This document shows positions 13,274-23,170 of a stretch of DNA of 64,000 nucleotides, in pieces. The position numbers and the translations under genes were made by a program. Source of the stretch: Macrostomum lignano (Eukaryota); NCBI GenBank assembly GCA_002269645.1, contig NIVC01000843.1, forward strand, positions 186,001 through 250,000, read 5' to 3'. A model generated the notes under the pieces. It was not told the origin of the DNA. It saw only the letters and a list, made by a program, of their open reading frames with translations, and did not search any database. Positions within the stretch are counted from its first letter, which is position 1. Each line of letters opens with the position of its first letter.

Positions 13274-13867
13274 GGCAGTGCTTATCCCCACGGTACCGTA
13301 GGAATAATTTCTGTCTTATTCCAACGGTACCGTGGGGATAATTTTCTGCTTATCCGCATGGCACACTGACGAGATAGTTGCCCCATCTTCTACATATGCC
13401 GTGGGTTCATATTTTAGTTTAGTACTTACGGTTTGAGTGCAGTATAACAACATAACTTTGCTTGGCCATTATTTTTATAGAAGTAAAGATTTATTAGCCT
13501 TTTTATGCAAAAAAACACTTTTTTTGTAGTTATGACGTATGATTTAAGATGAATTGCTCTAGTAATTGTTTACAATTTAAGAACTTTTAGCAACTAGTCT
13601 AATCCCAACAGCCCCGAAAAGTCCATTGCCGCTGCTTCTATAGACTTCTTACTAGACATGTAAATTCTCAATTTGTTTATATAGATTATTGCATTGCTTC
13701 AACAATTCACCTATGCGGATAAGCAGAAAATTATTCCCATGGCATATGTAGAAGATGGGGCAGCTATCTCGTCAGTGTGCCATGCGGATAAGCAGAAAAT
13801 TATCCCCACGGTACCGTTAGAATAAGACAGAAATTATTCCTACGGTACCGTGGGGATAAGCACTGCC
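13274..13867. mobile_element. Mutator-type MITE
   Basis: ~130-bp near-perfect TIRs starting GGCAGTGCTTATCCCC; perfect 9-bp TSD TTAAGTATT (13265-13273, 13868-13876). Confidence 0.9.
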
Positions 13868-14074
13868 TTAAGTATTATATATTATATGGACATATAGCTC
13901 ATATAGCTAAGTAGAGCTCTATTTAAGGCTATAAAAAGTTTTTGTTATTTATATTAGTGCTACTGCTAGTGCTAGGCCTAGTAAAATACTTGTAGGGCTT
14001 ATTTTAAACATTTCTAGTTCTAATTCTAGTATACCATATTATGAGCATTTAAAAAATATATTTTTGGTATAGGC

Positions 14075-15660
14075 CTTCCCAGGTAGCCCTCCCAGTCTAC
14101 CTTTCCTGGCCTACCTCTCCCAGCCTATCCTTCCCAGGCAGCCCTCCCAGGCTACCATTCTTAGGCAGCCCTCCCAGGCTATCCCTCCCAGGCAGCCCTC
14201 CTAGGCTACCCCTCCTAGGCTACCCTTCCCAGGCAGAGGCAGCCCTCCCAGGCTACCCCTCCCAGGCTACCCCTCCCAGGCTACCTCTCCCAAGCAGCCC
14301 TCCCAGGCTACCCCTCCCAGGCAGCCCTCCCAGGCAACCCCTCCCAGGCTACCCTTCCAGGCAGCCCTCCCAGGCTACCCCTCCCAGGCAGCCCTCCCAG
14401 GCTACCCCTCCCAGCCTACCCTTCTAGGCAGCCTTCCCAGGCTACCCCTCCTAGGCAGTCCTCCCAGGCTACCCTTCCTAGGCAGCCCTCTCATCCTACC
14501 CCTCCCAGGCAACGCTCCCAGCCTACCCCTCCCAGCCTACCCTTCCTAGGCTGCCCTCCCAGCCTACCTTTCCCAGCCTACCTCTCCCAGGCAGCCCTCC
14601 CAGGCTATCCTTCCCAGGCAGCCCTCCCAGCCTACCCCTCCCAGGCAGCACTCCCAGGCTACCCCTCCCAGGCCACCTCTCCCAGGCAGCCCTCCTAGGC
14701 TACCCTTCCCAGGCAGAGGCAGCCATCCCAGGCTATCCCTCCCAGGCTACCCCTCCCAGGCTACCTCTCCCAACATACATGCGCAACCTCCAAAATTCGG
14801 TCGGCCGTGCGACTTAGTTTTACCAAAAATGCGACGTAGTTTTTGGCCAAAAATGCGACTTACATGTAAAAAACCCAAAAGCAAAATTAACGCAACTTTT
14901 GGTAAACGGCAGGAGTAACTATAACTGTCTTATAAAGCCAAAATGCTTCATCAGTTACTTAGTACTACTACTTGGTGTTTTTTCGGGTGGGCATTTTTGC
15001 GACTTCCTTGGTTGGCCGCCAAATCGGTCGGCCGGATCGGCCGACTCGGCCGACTGTTGCGCATGTATGTCTCCCAAGCAGCCCTCCCAGGCTACCCCTC
15101 CCAGGCAGCCCTCCCAGGCAACCCCTCCCAGGCTACCCTTCCAGGCAGCCCTCCCAGGCTACCCCTCCCAGGCAGCCCTCCCAGGCTACCCCTCCCAGCC
15201 TACCCTTCTAGGCAGCCTTCCCAGGCTACCCCTCCTAGGCAGTCCTCCCAGGCTACCCTTCCTAGGCAGCCCTCTCATCCTACCCCTCCCAGGCAACGCT
15301 CCCAGCCTACCCCTCCCAGCCTACCCTTCCTAGGCTGCCCTCCCAGCCTACCTTTCCCAGCCTACCTCTCCCAGGCAGCCCTCCCAGGCTATCCTTCCCA
15401 GGCAGCCCTCCCAGCCTACCCCTCCCAGGCAGCGCTCCCAGGCTACCCCTCCCAGGCCACCTCTCCCAGGCAGCCCTCCTAGGCTACCCTTCCCAGGCAG
15501 AGGCAGCCCTCCCAGGCTATCCCTCCCAGCCTACCCTTCTAGGCAGCCTTTCCAGGCTACCCCTCCTAGGCAGTCCTCCCAGGCTACCCTTTCTAGGCAG
15601 CCCTCTCATCCTACCCCTCCCAGGCAACACTCCCAGCCTACCCCTCCCAGCCTACACTTC
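14075..15660. repeat. C-rich minisatellite of 13/14-bp subunits (CCCAGGCAGCCCT / CCCAGGCTACCCCT)
   Basis: Tandem array visible directly; split by a MITE; accounts for ORFs 14899-15482. Confidence 0.95.
14774..15069. mobile_element. hAT-type MITE
   Basis: 14-bp TIR CATACATGCGCAAC / GTTGCGCATGTATG; 8-bp TSD TCTCCCAA (14766-14773, 15070-15077). Confidence 0.88.
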
Positions 15661-15829
15661 CTGTTCAGAGGTCTGTGTATATTTTAAACAAAACATTGAG
15701 TAAAAATATATTCAGGGAATGTAGGCGAAGATAGGCGGAGAGAGGAATTCCTCTAAATCAGAGGGCATAGAAGATGCGGAAATAGCAGGGTAAAATATAG
15801 CAAGTATACCAAGCAGAAGCGAAAATTTT

Positions 15830-17530
15830 ACAGTGAAACAGGCAGGACAAGACGCTTTAGTACCCCACCGAATAGATTGTAAAACTCGGCGGAAAGCGCG
15901 GAAAGCACCTGATGTATTCAGAGCCCTGAACATGTCAATCTGAAATTTTAAAAAAAGATAGCTAAAAGTACTTAAATGTTATCTAATGTATAATGTAATA
16001 TATACTAGTGTAAGCTAAAATGTTACTAAAATGCCTAAAATGCACCATATACCTATATTGATACAGCACAGACAGTTCCGACAAAGAGGAGACAGAACAA
16101 TTAAAATTAAGGGAATGAAATTTATGGAGAGAGTGAAACAAGGGGTCACAAGCTCCATGTGACTTGGTACGAGTGCTCAGTTAACTAGGACACCAAAAAC
16201 GAAATTGACCTTTTTCGTTGGGGTAGGGCTGAGCCAGACGGAACGTCTAGAGCATCCCCAGGCATTGCATAGTGATGAAAGTGACGCGGTGCACTTAGAA
16301 GAAACGCTGTCCAGCTTCAAGAGTAAGTTGACATGGATAGCGACAACGCCGCGCACTGAATCCATGAGTGGCTGCGTTGGCCAAAATCCATGCGACAGTA
16401 GTACACTACTACTATTAATATTAAAATACGGAGATTTATTTGCACTCATATCTTTTCTACATGCCAATTTAGACATAAGAAAAGCAGAATAGTCATGTAT
16501 TACTTTTAAAACCTAATAATAGTAGGCCAACATTTTTGAAACATACTCAATGAAGACACGGAATGTGTCTCCTTATACAGCTTTACACTCGAATGAATGA
16601 GGGTAAGCACAAATTATAGATTTGCGACAAAAAACAAGAACATGAACCTTTACCATCTTCAGAGAAGGCAGCTACACTTTGTGAGCTGACTCCTACACAA
16701 GTGCACAGCGTTCTCCTAGCCAGGTGAACAAAAGTAGGAATGGTCTCAAAGCACAAACCCTAAAATATTGTAATAGTTTAGGGTTGCTCAATAGAACATA
16801 CTAAGTTAATAACACTACAATATTCTTTCCATATATACTGTTCATTAAGATAAAAATTTGGCTTACAACAAATGGTTATTGTGTAAAACACAAAAATCAT
16901 GGATCTGGAGCTATTTATCAGTATCAATATCATATTAATACCCCCTCTGCCTACATGTCTCCTACTCTATGCCCTTTTGTCTAGATGCGAGTTGCAAGTA
17001 AAGAAAAGAAAACTCACAATCCACTTTTGCATAACATGAGGTGGGTTGTGCTTGTGTGCAGATTGAAGACACGTGTCACATACTTGAAGTAGGTTACACA
17101 TTTCACAGCGAAAAATGTCTGGAAATATTTGCTGGCATTTTGAGCATGTGCCACCATTAGTTATACCAAAGTAGGTTGCCAAGCCAGCTTCCATCTGAGC
17201 AGAGATTTCATTCCACTTTTCCTCCTCCCTGTTTCGGCGTATATTATACCGACTGGAAATGGGGTCTACATCATTGTCAATTGGCTCCTCCTCAACTTCA
17301 TCTGGTTCTGGAGCTGGGTCCTTGTGTTTTGTGGTTGATCCACTAGCATTAGAACTATCAAAGAAAAAAGTTTCAGGGCTAGTTAGCTTGATATTTGATA
17401 TTGCAAATGTATGACCAAATTATATAACCACTTACAAACTAGTTGGAGTTGGATCAAGTACTGCTTTTATAGTTCGACACTTGCGTTTGTGAAACTCAAT
17501 TTTTTGAAAAACTTGGTTGCGCTTTGGCAT
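15830..17530 (-). CDS. Spliced CxC cysteine-cluster gene, N-terminal part of a KDZ-type transposase; catalytic domain not found
   Basis: Phase-consistent GT-AG exons 17530-17436, 17354-17018, 16759-16654; further likely exons ~16570, ~16456-16210 and ~15940-15830. Motifs CSKC..RCEMC..CDTC...H..NPPH..QKW, CTC, LLSHGFWPTQP and CPAC. Confidence 0.7.
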
Positions 17531-17600
17531 CTGCAAAGCAAAAATGTAAGAGTGCTAGATATATATATATATATATATATAATATATATAGCATTTGAAT

Positions 17601-18136
17601 CAAGGGAAGATTTAGGGGGAGGGCAAAAGGGGCAGCCATCCCCTAGAACAGCTTGATAATAAGCTTGATAATAGTTCTTTTTTCTAATTTAGACCTTAAT
17701 TAGCAGCTTATAAAGGTACCTATACTGTAAATAAAGGCACCCCCTTGCCCTGTGCTTAGTGCCCCCCTCTAAAATAATAGGCTCTACCACCCCTGTATTG
17801 TGCCCCAAAAACCTAAGTTTATGCCTTTTAAACTTGATTTTTTATCTCTTATGTGTATTTTTAGTGCCTCTAGCTTACAAATTGGCATCCCTTATACTCA
17901 TGTTAATAGGCACAGATCCAGAACATTTTTTAGGAAGGGGCCAAGCTTTACTAAGCACTATAACCTATATTGGAAAATAGACCTAGCATAGTTGCAGATC
18001 AAAAAAGAATGACCAATTTTTTTTGGTCACAACTAGGGGGCCATAGCTCTCTTGGCCTCTCTTTAGATCTACTCCTTTATATTGGTGCCTCAAACTTGAA
18101 TTCTCCCCCTTAAATGAAATTCTAGATCTGCCACTG
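17601..18136. mobile_element. hAT-type MITE
   Basis: Imperfect TIR CAAGGGAAGATTTAG / CTAGATCTGCCACTG; perfect 8-bp TSD ATTTGAAT (17593-17600, 18137-18144). Confidence 0.8.
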
Positions 18137-19948
18137 ATTTGAATATATTATACAAAAAGTCTATTATAAATAAAGAACATTATACTATAAGCAGAATATA
18201 TTTCAATTTAGTTATTCCAATCTGTATTTAGATTATGGCACTTTAAAGACCACTTTCCAATGGGAAATAATTCCTTTGATTATGTCAAATGATACATGAA
18301 AAAACAGTGAAAACACTTATAAATATATATATTGGTATAGTTGTGGCATAATAAGTAGAATTCTAAGACTAAATTTTGGTAAAAAAATAATTTTGTTACG
18401 TTTAAAGGCAAAAGTAAAGCTTGGCCTTTTTATTCTAAGCTACAACTTAAAAAAACTTTTTATAATGATTGCAATTACTTAAGGCATTCACTTTGATATA
18501 TTATCTAATGTTATGCCATTAAATAACTAAATTAAACATTAAACAATTAAACATTGAAGAAAATAAACCCTTTAATGGCTTTATGGCTATAAATTTCAAG
18601 CCTAAATAGGCCCTAGGCCTATAAAAAGAACTTTAATAAAGCTAAAGCTATATGTCCTATTAAGAGCACTAGGTTATATCAATATATAATTATAAGTATA
18701 ATTGTATTATTATCTTTTTAGGCTAATCTAATTAACATTTCTCATTTATGATATAGATAAGCCAATATGGATATTGATTATTATTTAATTATCTATAGTA
18801 TAGGCCTAGTCCTTATAACATTATCTTAGTCAACTACCCTTACCCTAGCCCTAGGCTAGGCCTGCCGCCTAGCCTAGGGCCTAGTCTTTTTCAAGCTAGC
18901 ACTAGACCTAGCCTAGAGTAGAGCTTTTTTAACTAAAATAAAGTCAAAGATTATATTTAGCTATGCCTATTAGTATATTTTAAATTTAAAGGCATAAAGC
19001 AAACCAGACAGTGTTGATTTGGTTAGGCCTAGGGCCTACTGGCCTAGCCTATTCTAGGCCTATAGAATGTCACATATTGCTTGATAATGTTAATGATTTC
19101 ATTTAAGCCAAAGTAGAGGCAAAGCAAAGGTGTTTTTGAACTTTTAGCTAGTGATTAGTTGGGCCAGCAAACCTAGCCCTGGCCTAGTCCTTGAATTACA
19201 CTAGATATACTATTCCTCGTCATTCCATAAGATAATATGCACTAAGTCTAGCAAAGATTACTTGCTAGTGACGAGTAGTAACAGTAACAGTAACAGTAAT
19301 GAAACAACTAGACCTATTCAACTCACATCACACATGACAAAATATACCTAATTCTCAGTATCTGAAGTCTCCATCTGACCTAACAAACAACTAAATAATT
19401 GCCAGCCAGCCCTAGCTCATTTTAAATTGGCGGCAATTTTAACAGCCGATTCGAATGTATTAGTTGGCCTTAGTAGGCCTTGCAAACATGATCTTTGAAC
19501 ACAGAACTTGTTCGCAACAGCCTTAAAGGCGGTCAACGATCATGTTCAATTTGGCTTTATTCGTGTTAACAGGGCTGTAAGAATATAATTTAATAATGAA
19601 AAAAATAATATAAAAAATAATAATAATATTTATAATAATAATTAAAGACATTTATTCCATTACTCTTACAACAAATAGTTTTCTTTACAATCAAATACTG
19701 CATTGACAAAAAATGTTATAATGTGTAGCGGTTCGGGGCGTTGCGGTGCGTGTTTTACGGAGACCCTGACACGTTTTTAAATAATAGGTAGTAAAACAAT
19801 ATAACTAAAAAAATGACATCAGGATAGAGTGTCTTCGTTAAATACAAGTAAAATTACAGTTATTTAAAACAAAGGAGCTTTAAAAAGACATTTAGTTTGT
19901 TGAATTTTTTAAAACTTTTTTACGCAATAAAAACTTTGCGTTTCTATA

Positions 19949-20971
19949 TGAGGTGGGGGTGGAGAAGAACTTTCTTAGAATGGTTGTTTTTTGAATTTGC
20001 TGACACCAGTGAGGTGGGGCAGATTCCTCGTTTGAATTGCCGCCGGCATTGAGTTCGCACGAATAAAAACCGGAAAAACGCGCAGACGAATCACAACAAA
20101 ATTTCTTCTCCTGTTTTACTCTGACAGCCGGGTTCTCAAGTCCGGGGGGAGGGTAGTTGTAATCGTAGCGGAGTGGTCGTATAGCGGCCCGGTCGTTCAG
20201 ATCCATAGACTCAATTGGTCTTGACACCGTAAATCTGCTTTTGAATTGTCATACTGATTACTGTCAGTAGAGTAGCGCTGCCACCACCGTAATTTGATCC
20301 ATATTACGGAACGTTGGGATCTCAGAGCTCGCTTAGAGTTGAGATCGATTCGGTTGTTTAACGCCCCACGGGCAAATGACTCAAGATAACTATTATGGGC
20401 TTCGTTAATGAGATAGACTTAATTATTAGTTAATTAATATTATTTATTGATGTTGTACTAGCAGGCGTAAATTGGCAAAATAAAGTTAAATTCAGACGAT
20501 TGATCCTCGGCCGGTGCCGGGTGGGACGACTAACTGCACAAACTAGTAGATCGAGACTAAATAAGTACTAATTTAACTTTGTGCACAACAGGAAATTAAA
20601 CACTAAACAGACAAGTACACGAGGGTTTGCGAAGCGGAACAGAACAGAAAACGAACAAGTAGGAGGCAGGGGAAAGGAAAGATGAAAACTTGCGGCCTGA
20701 AATGGCCTTAATAAATAGTGGGGCGATGTCATCCGGACGGGGATGGAGCAGCAGATGGGGCAGGAAGGCGAAGGATGGGGCAGGAGATGGGGCGAAGGAT
20801 GGGGCATCGGACGACAACAAAGCCGGGAATGAGAATAACAAAAAATTACGCGCAACGGCAAAAGATGGGGCAATTGGGATGGGACATAGGACGGCGCAAC
20901 GGGTGACACAGAACGCAAGAGTCATTGCGGTGAGGTCACCTGTTCCAAACGTGGTAGTGCACCCTACCACA
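19949..20971 (-). repeat. 3' LTR (1023 bp)
   Basis: Direct repeat of 29156-30181; minus strand TGTGGTAGGG...CACCTCA. Confidence 0.97.
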
Positions 20972-21019
20972 GGCGCTGGGGCACCGTGCGCTAAAAGAAA
21001 ACTAGCAGTCTCCCGGCTG

Positions 21020-21628
21020 CTACTGTTGACATTCTCTGCCGGAGCCGCGGCCTCGACGAGTGGCTGGCGGTCGGGCAGTCGCAGCGTCAGTCTGGGCGGT
21101 GGCGGCGTCGGCCTGGGCAGCGGCGGCAGCTTCTCGTACGGCGGCGCGAGGGGCTTCCAGGAGGCAGACTTGGCCGTCCACGAGATCCAGCCTCTCTGGG
21201 CACTTGCTGACGACCAAATCGTGGAACAGGCGGAGTCGTGGCGGCCAGCCGTGCTGCAGGTGGCCCGCCTCCCAGAAAGCCATAGTCACTAGGATCGCCA
21301 GCGCAGGTCGAGGCTGGTAGCCGGCTTGACGATAGGCCTCCTCTGTGGCTTGGAGCGTATCTTCCAAGATGTCCCGGGTGGTCTTGGGGGGCATCCAGCC
21401 GCAGAGTGTGCGCCACTTGCCATCCACGCGAATTCGGCCTCGACGGGCTGCATAACCGAGTGCCCCGCGTAGAGCATCGCGCAGCCGGGCTCGCGCCACC
21501 TCGGTTCTTGTAGCGGTTGCCACATAGGCCCTTATTAGTGCCTCGGCCTCGCCCGGGCGCAGGCCAGCTCCTGGAGTTGACGGGGCGGACGCCTGGGGTG
21601 CGGGTTCTCCCATGTTGCTGTTCTGCAT
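21020..21628 (-). CDS. ORF3: 202-aa unknown accessory protein in the env position, not env-like
   Basis: Open from ATG 21628 to TAG 21020 on the element sense strand; no signal peptide or TM helix; candidate 3' splice acceptor TGCCTTTGTCAG at 21670. Confidence 0.65.
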   Translation of the reverse strand: MQNSNMGEPAPQASAPSTPGAGLRPGEAEALIRAYVATATRTEVARARLRDALRGALGYAARRGRIRVDGKWRTLCGWMPPKTTRDILEDTLQATEEAYRQAGYQPRPALAILVTMAFWEAGHLQHGWPPRLRLFHDLVVSKCPERLDLVDGQVCLLEAPRAAVREAAAAAQADAATAQTDAATARPPATRRGRGSGRECQQ

Positions 21629-22676
21629 AATTCCGTAGCCGGAGTTGTCAATAGACTTACTTAAAATTGCTGACAAAGGCACAGAGTCGCAAAACCAAAA
21701 TTGGAAAAACAGAGCAGGAGAGTTGGGGCTTCAGATATATATTGCTAACCATGCATCCGATGGACAGGGTTTGTCCTTCCGATGGTGGGATTCCGTCACC
21801 CCCCATGCACTCTAACAAGGCACACAACGGAGGTGAGGTGGGTGAGTGAAAAGAGAGCAATAAAATTTGGCCGCGAGGAGGGGTCCAAAACCTCCTACCT
21901 TAACTGAAGGCGGCAGTGCCTTATTGATTAAAAGGGGCGCCTTAAACGGCTTACATTGGAAAGGGGTAAGCATTTGAAAAAAAAAAGGGAGCCTCGCAAA
22001 CATTAGTTAAAATGATAAAACTGATAAAATAGTGAGAGGCTAGCCAGCTCCTTCTGACTAAAATTATAATAGTAATTATAACCGTAATGAATAGCGTAGT
22101 GACCACTGAACAGGTTATCGTACGGGGATCTCCATATGGAGTTACAACAAAAGAGCAAAAGAAACCGAGCCGAAATGAGGGGCTCTAACAAAATTTCCCA
22201 GGCCTAGCTGGCACGAACAATGCAAAGAATAAACATATGGGGGAGAGATTCTCCTCAGGTGCCTTCCGCTGAAGACAAGACCTCGAGTTAGGGGTGCTTG
22301 TCCCGAACGGGGCAAAATTTCCGAATAAAAAATGGCAGAAGTGCACACTTGCCGTCCATGTTTGAGACTGACAGGCTCACAATTCAGGCATGCTTTTCTC
22401 CTGAAAGCATAAGGCAAGAAAGAGAGACTTTCCGCACTTTGGCCGGGTGCTAGGAAAGTTTACAATTGATTGGGGGTTTCGCAGACTATTAAGACGCAGG
22501 GGAGCGATGATGCGGGTGAATAATATCGCGTTGGTGCAAGGCTTTTACCATTAAGCCTAAGGCTAAATATCAGACGCAGAGGTGCAGGTCGCATTGGATA
22601 AATATGCGCTCGAAATTGAGCATGAGCACCAAGTTTACAAATGCTTTTGACCAGAAAGCGTAAGGAGCAGAGATTG

Positions 22677-23014
22677 AAAAATTAGTTGCTTTTGCCCTCA
22701 AGCATAAGGAAAGTACAGAAAATTAGTTGCTTTTGCCCTCAAGCATAAGGAAAGTACAGAAAATTAGTTGCTTTTGCCCTCAAGCATAAGGAAAGTACAG
22801 AAAATTAGTTGCTTTTGCCCTCAAGCATAAGGAAAGTACAGAAAATTAGTTGCTTTTGCCCTCAAGCATAAGGAAAGTACAGAAAATTAGTTGCTTTTGC
22901 CCTCAAGCATAAGGAAAGTACAGAGAATTAGTTGCTTTTGCCCTCAAGCATAAGGAAAGTACAGAAAATTAGTTGCTTTTGCCCTCAAGCATAAGGAAAG
23001 TACAGAAAATTAGT
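22677..23014. repeat. 8 x 41-bp tandem array between pol and ORF3
   Basis: Unit GAAAATTAGTTGCTTTTGCCCTCAAGCATAAGGAAAGTACA, one substitution across 8 copies, no spacers. Confidence 0.97.
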
Positions 23015-23170
23015 AACGAAAATTGAAATCTGCTTTCAGCACAGAACGGGTGCAGAGAAAGCTTACAGCGAAATTTAATTCAGAACGCATTCGCAAACGG
23101 GACTACTCATAGTAATGCGCAACGTTAATTTATCTATTAGGCGCAACAGAAAAATTCGCTGGTAATTACC

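Larger units (their letters stand above)
12133..19766 (-). mobile_element. Zisupton/KDZ-superfamily DNA transposon, internally deleted
   Basis: Perfect 8-bp TSD TGACACGT (12125-12132, 19767-19774); terminal IR GGGTCTCC.TAAAACACGC; second ~140-bp subterminal IR (12627-12770 / 19410-19560); internal spliced CxC-type gene. Confidence 0.8.

Noticed and set aside
14899-15482. Pro/Gln-rich ORFs
   Set aside because: They are translations of the C-rich minisatellite and MITE, open in several frames.
19892-20227. 111-aa ORF duplicated at 28890-29435
   Set aside because: It lies in the LTR and starts at GTG. In the 5' copy it merely runs into the gag frame, whose credible start is ATG 29087.
20690-21292. 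200-aa plus-strand ORF antisense to ORF3 and the LTR
   Set aside because: It crosses the LTR boundary, its LTR part is frameshifted in the other LTR, and it is a GC-rich antisense shadow.
22677-23014. CRISPR-like appearance of the 41-bp repeats
   Set aside because: The units are directly adjacent with no unique spacers, the context is eukaryotic, and there are no cas genes.
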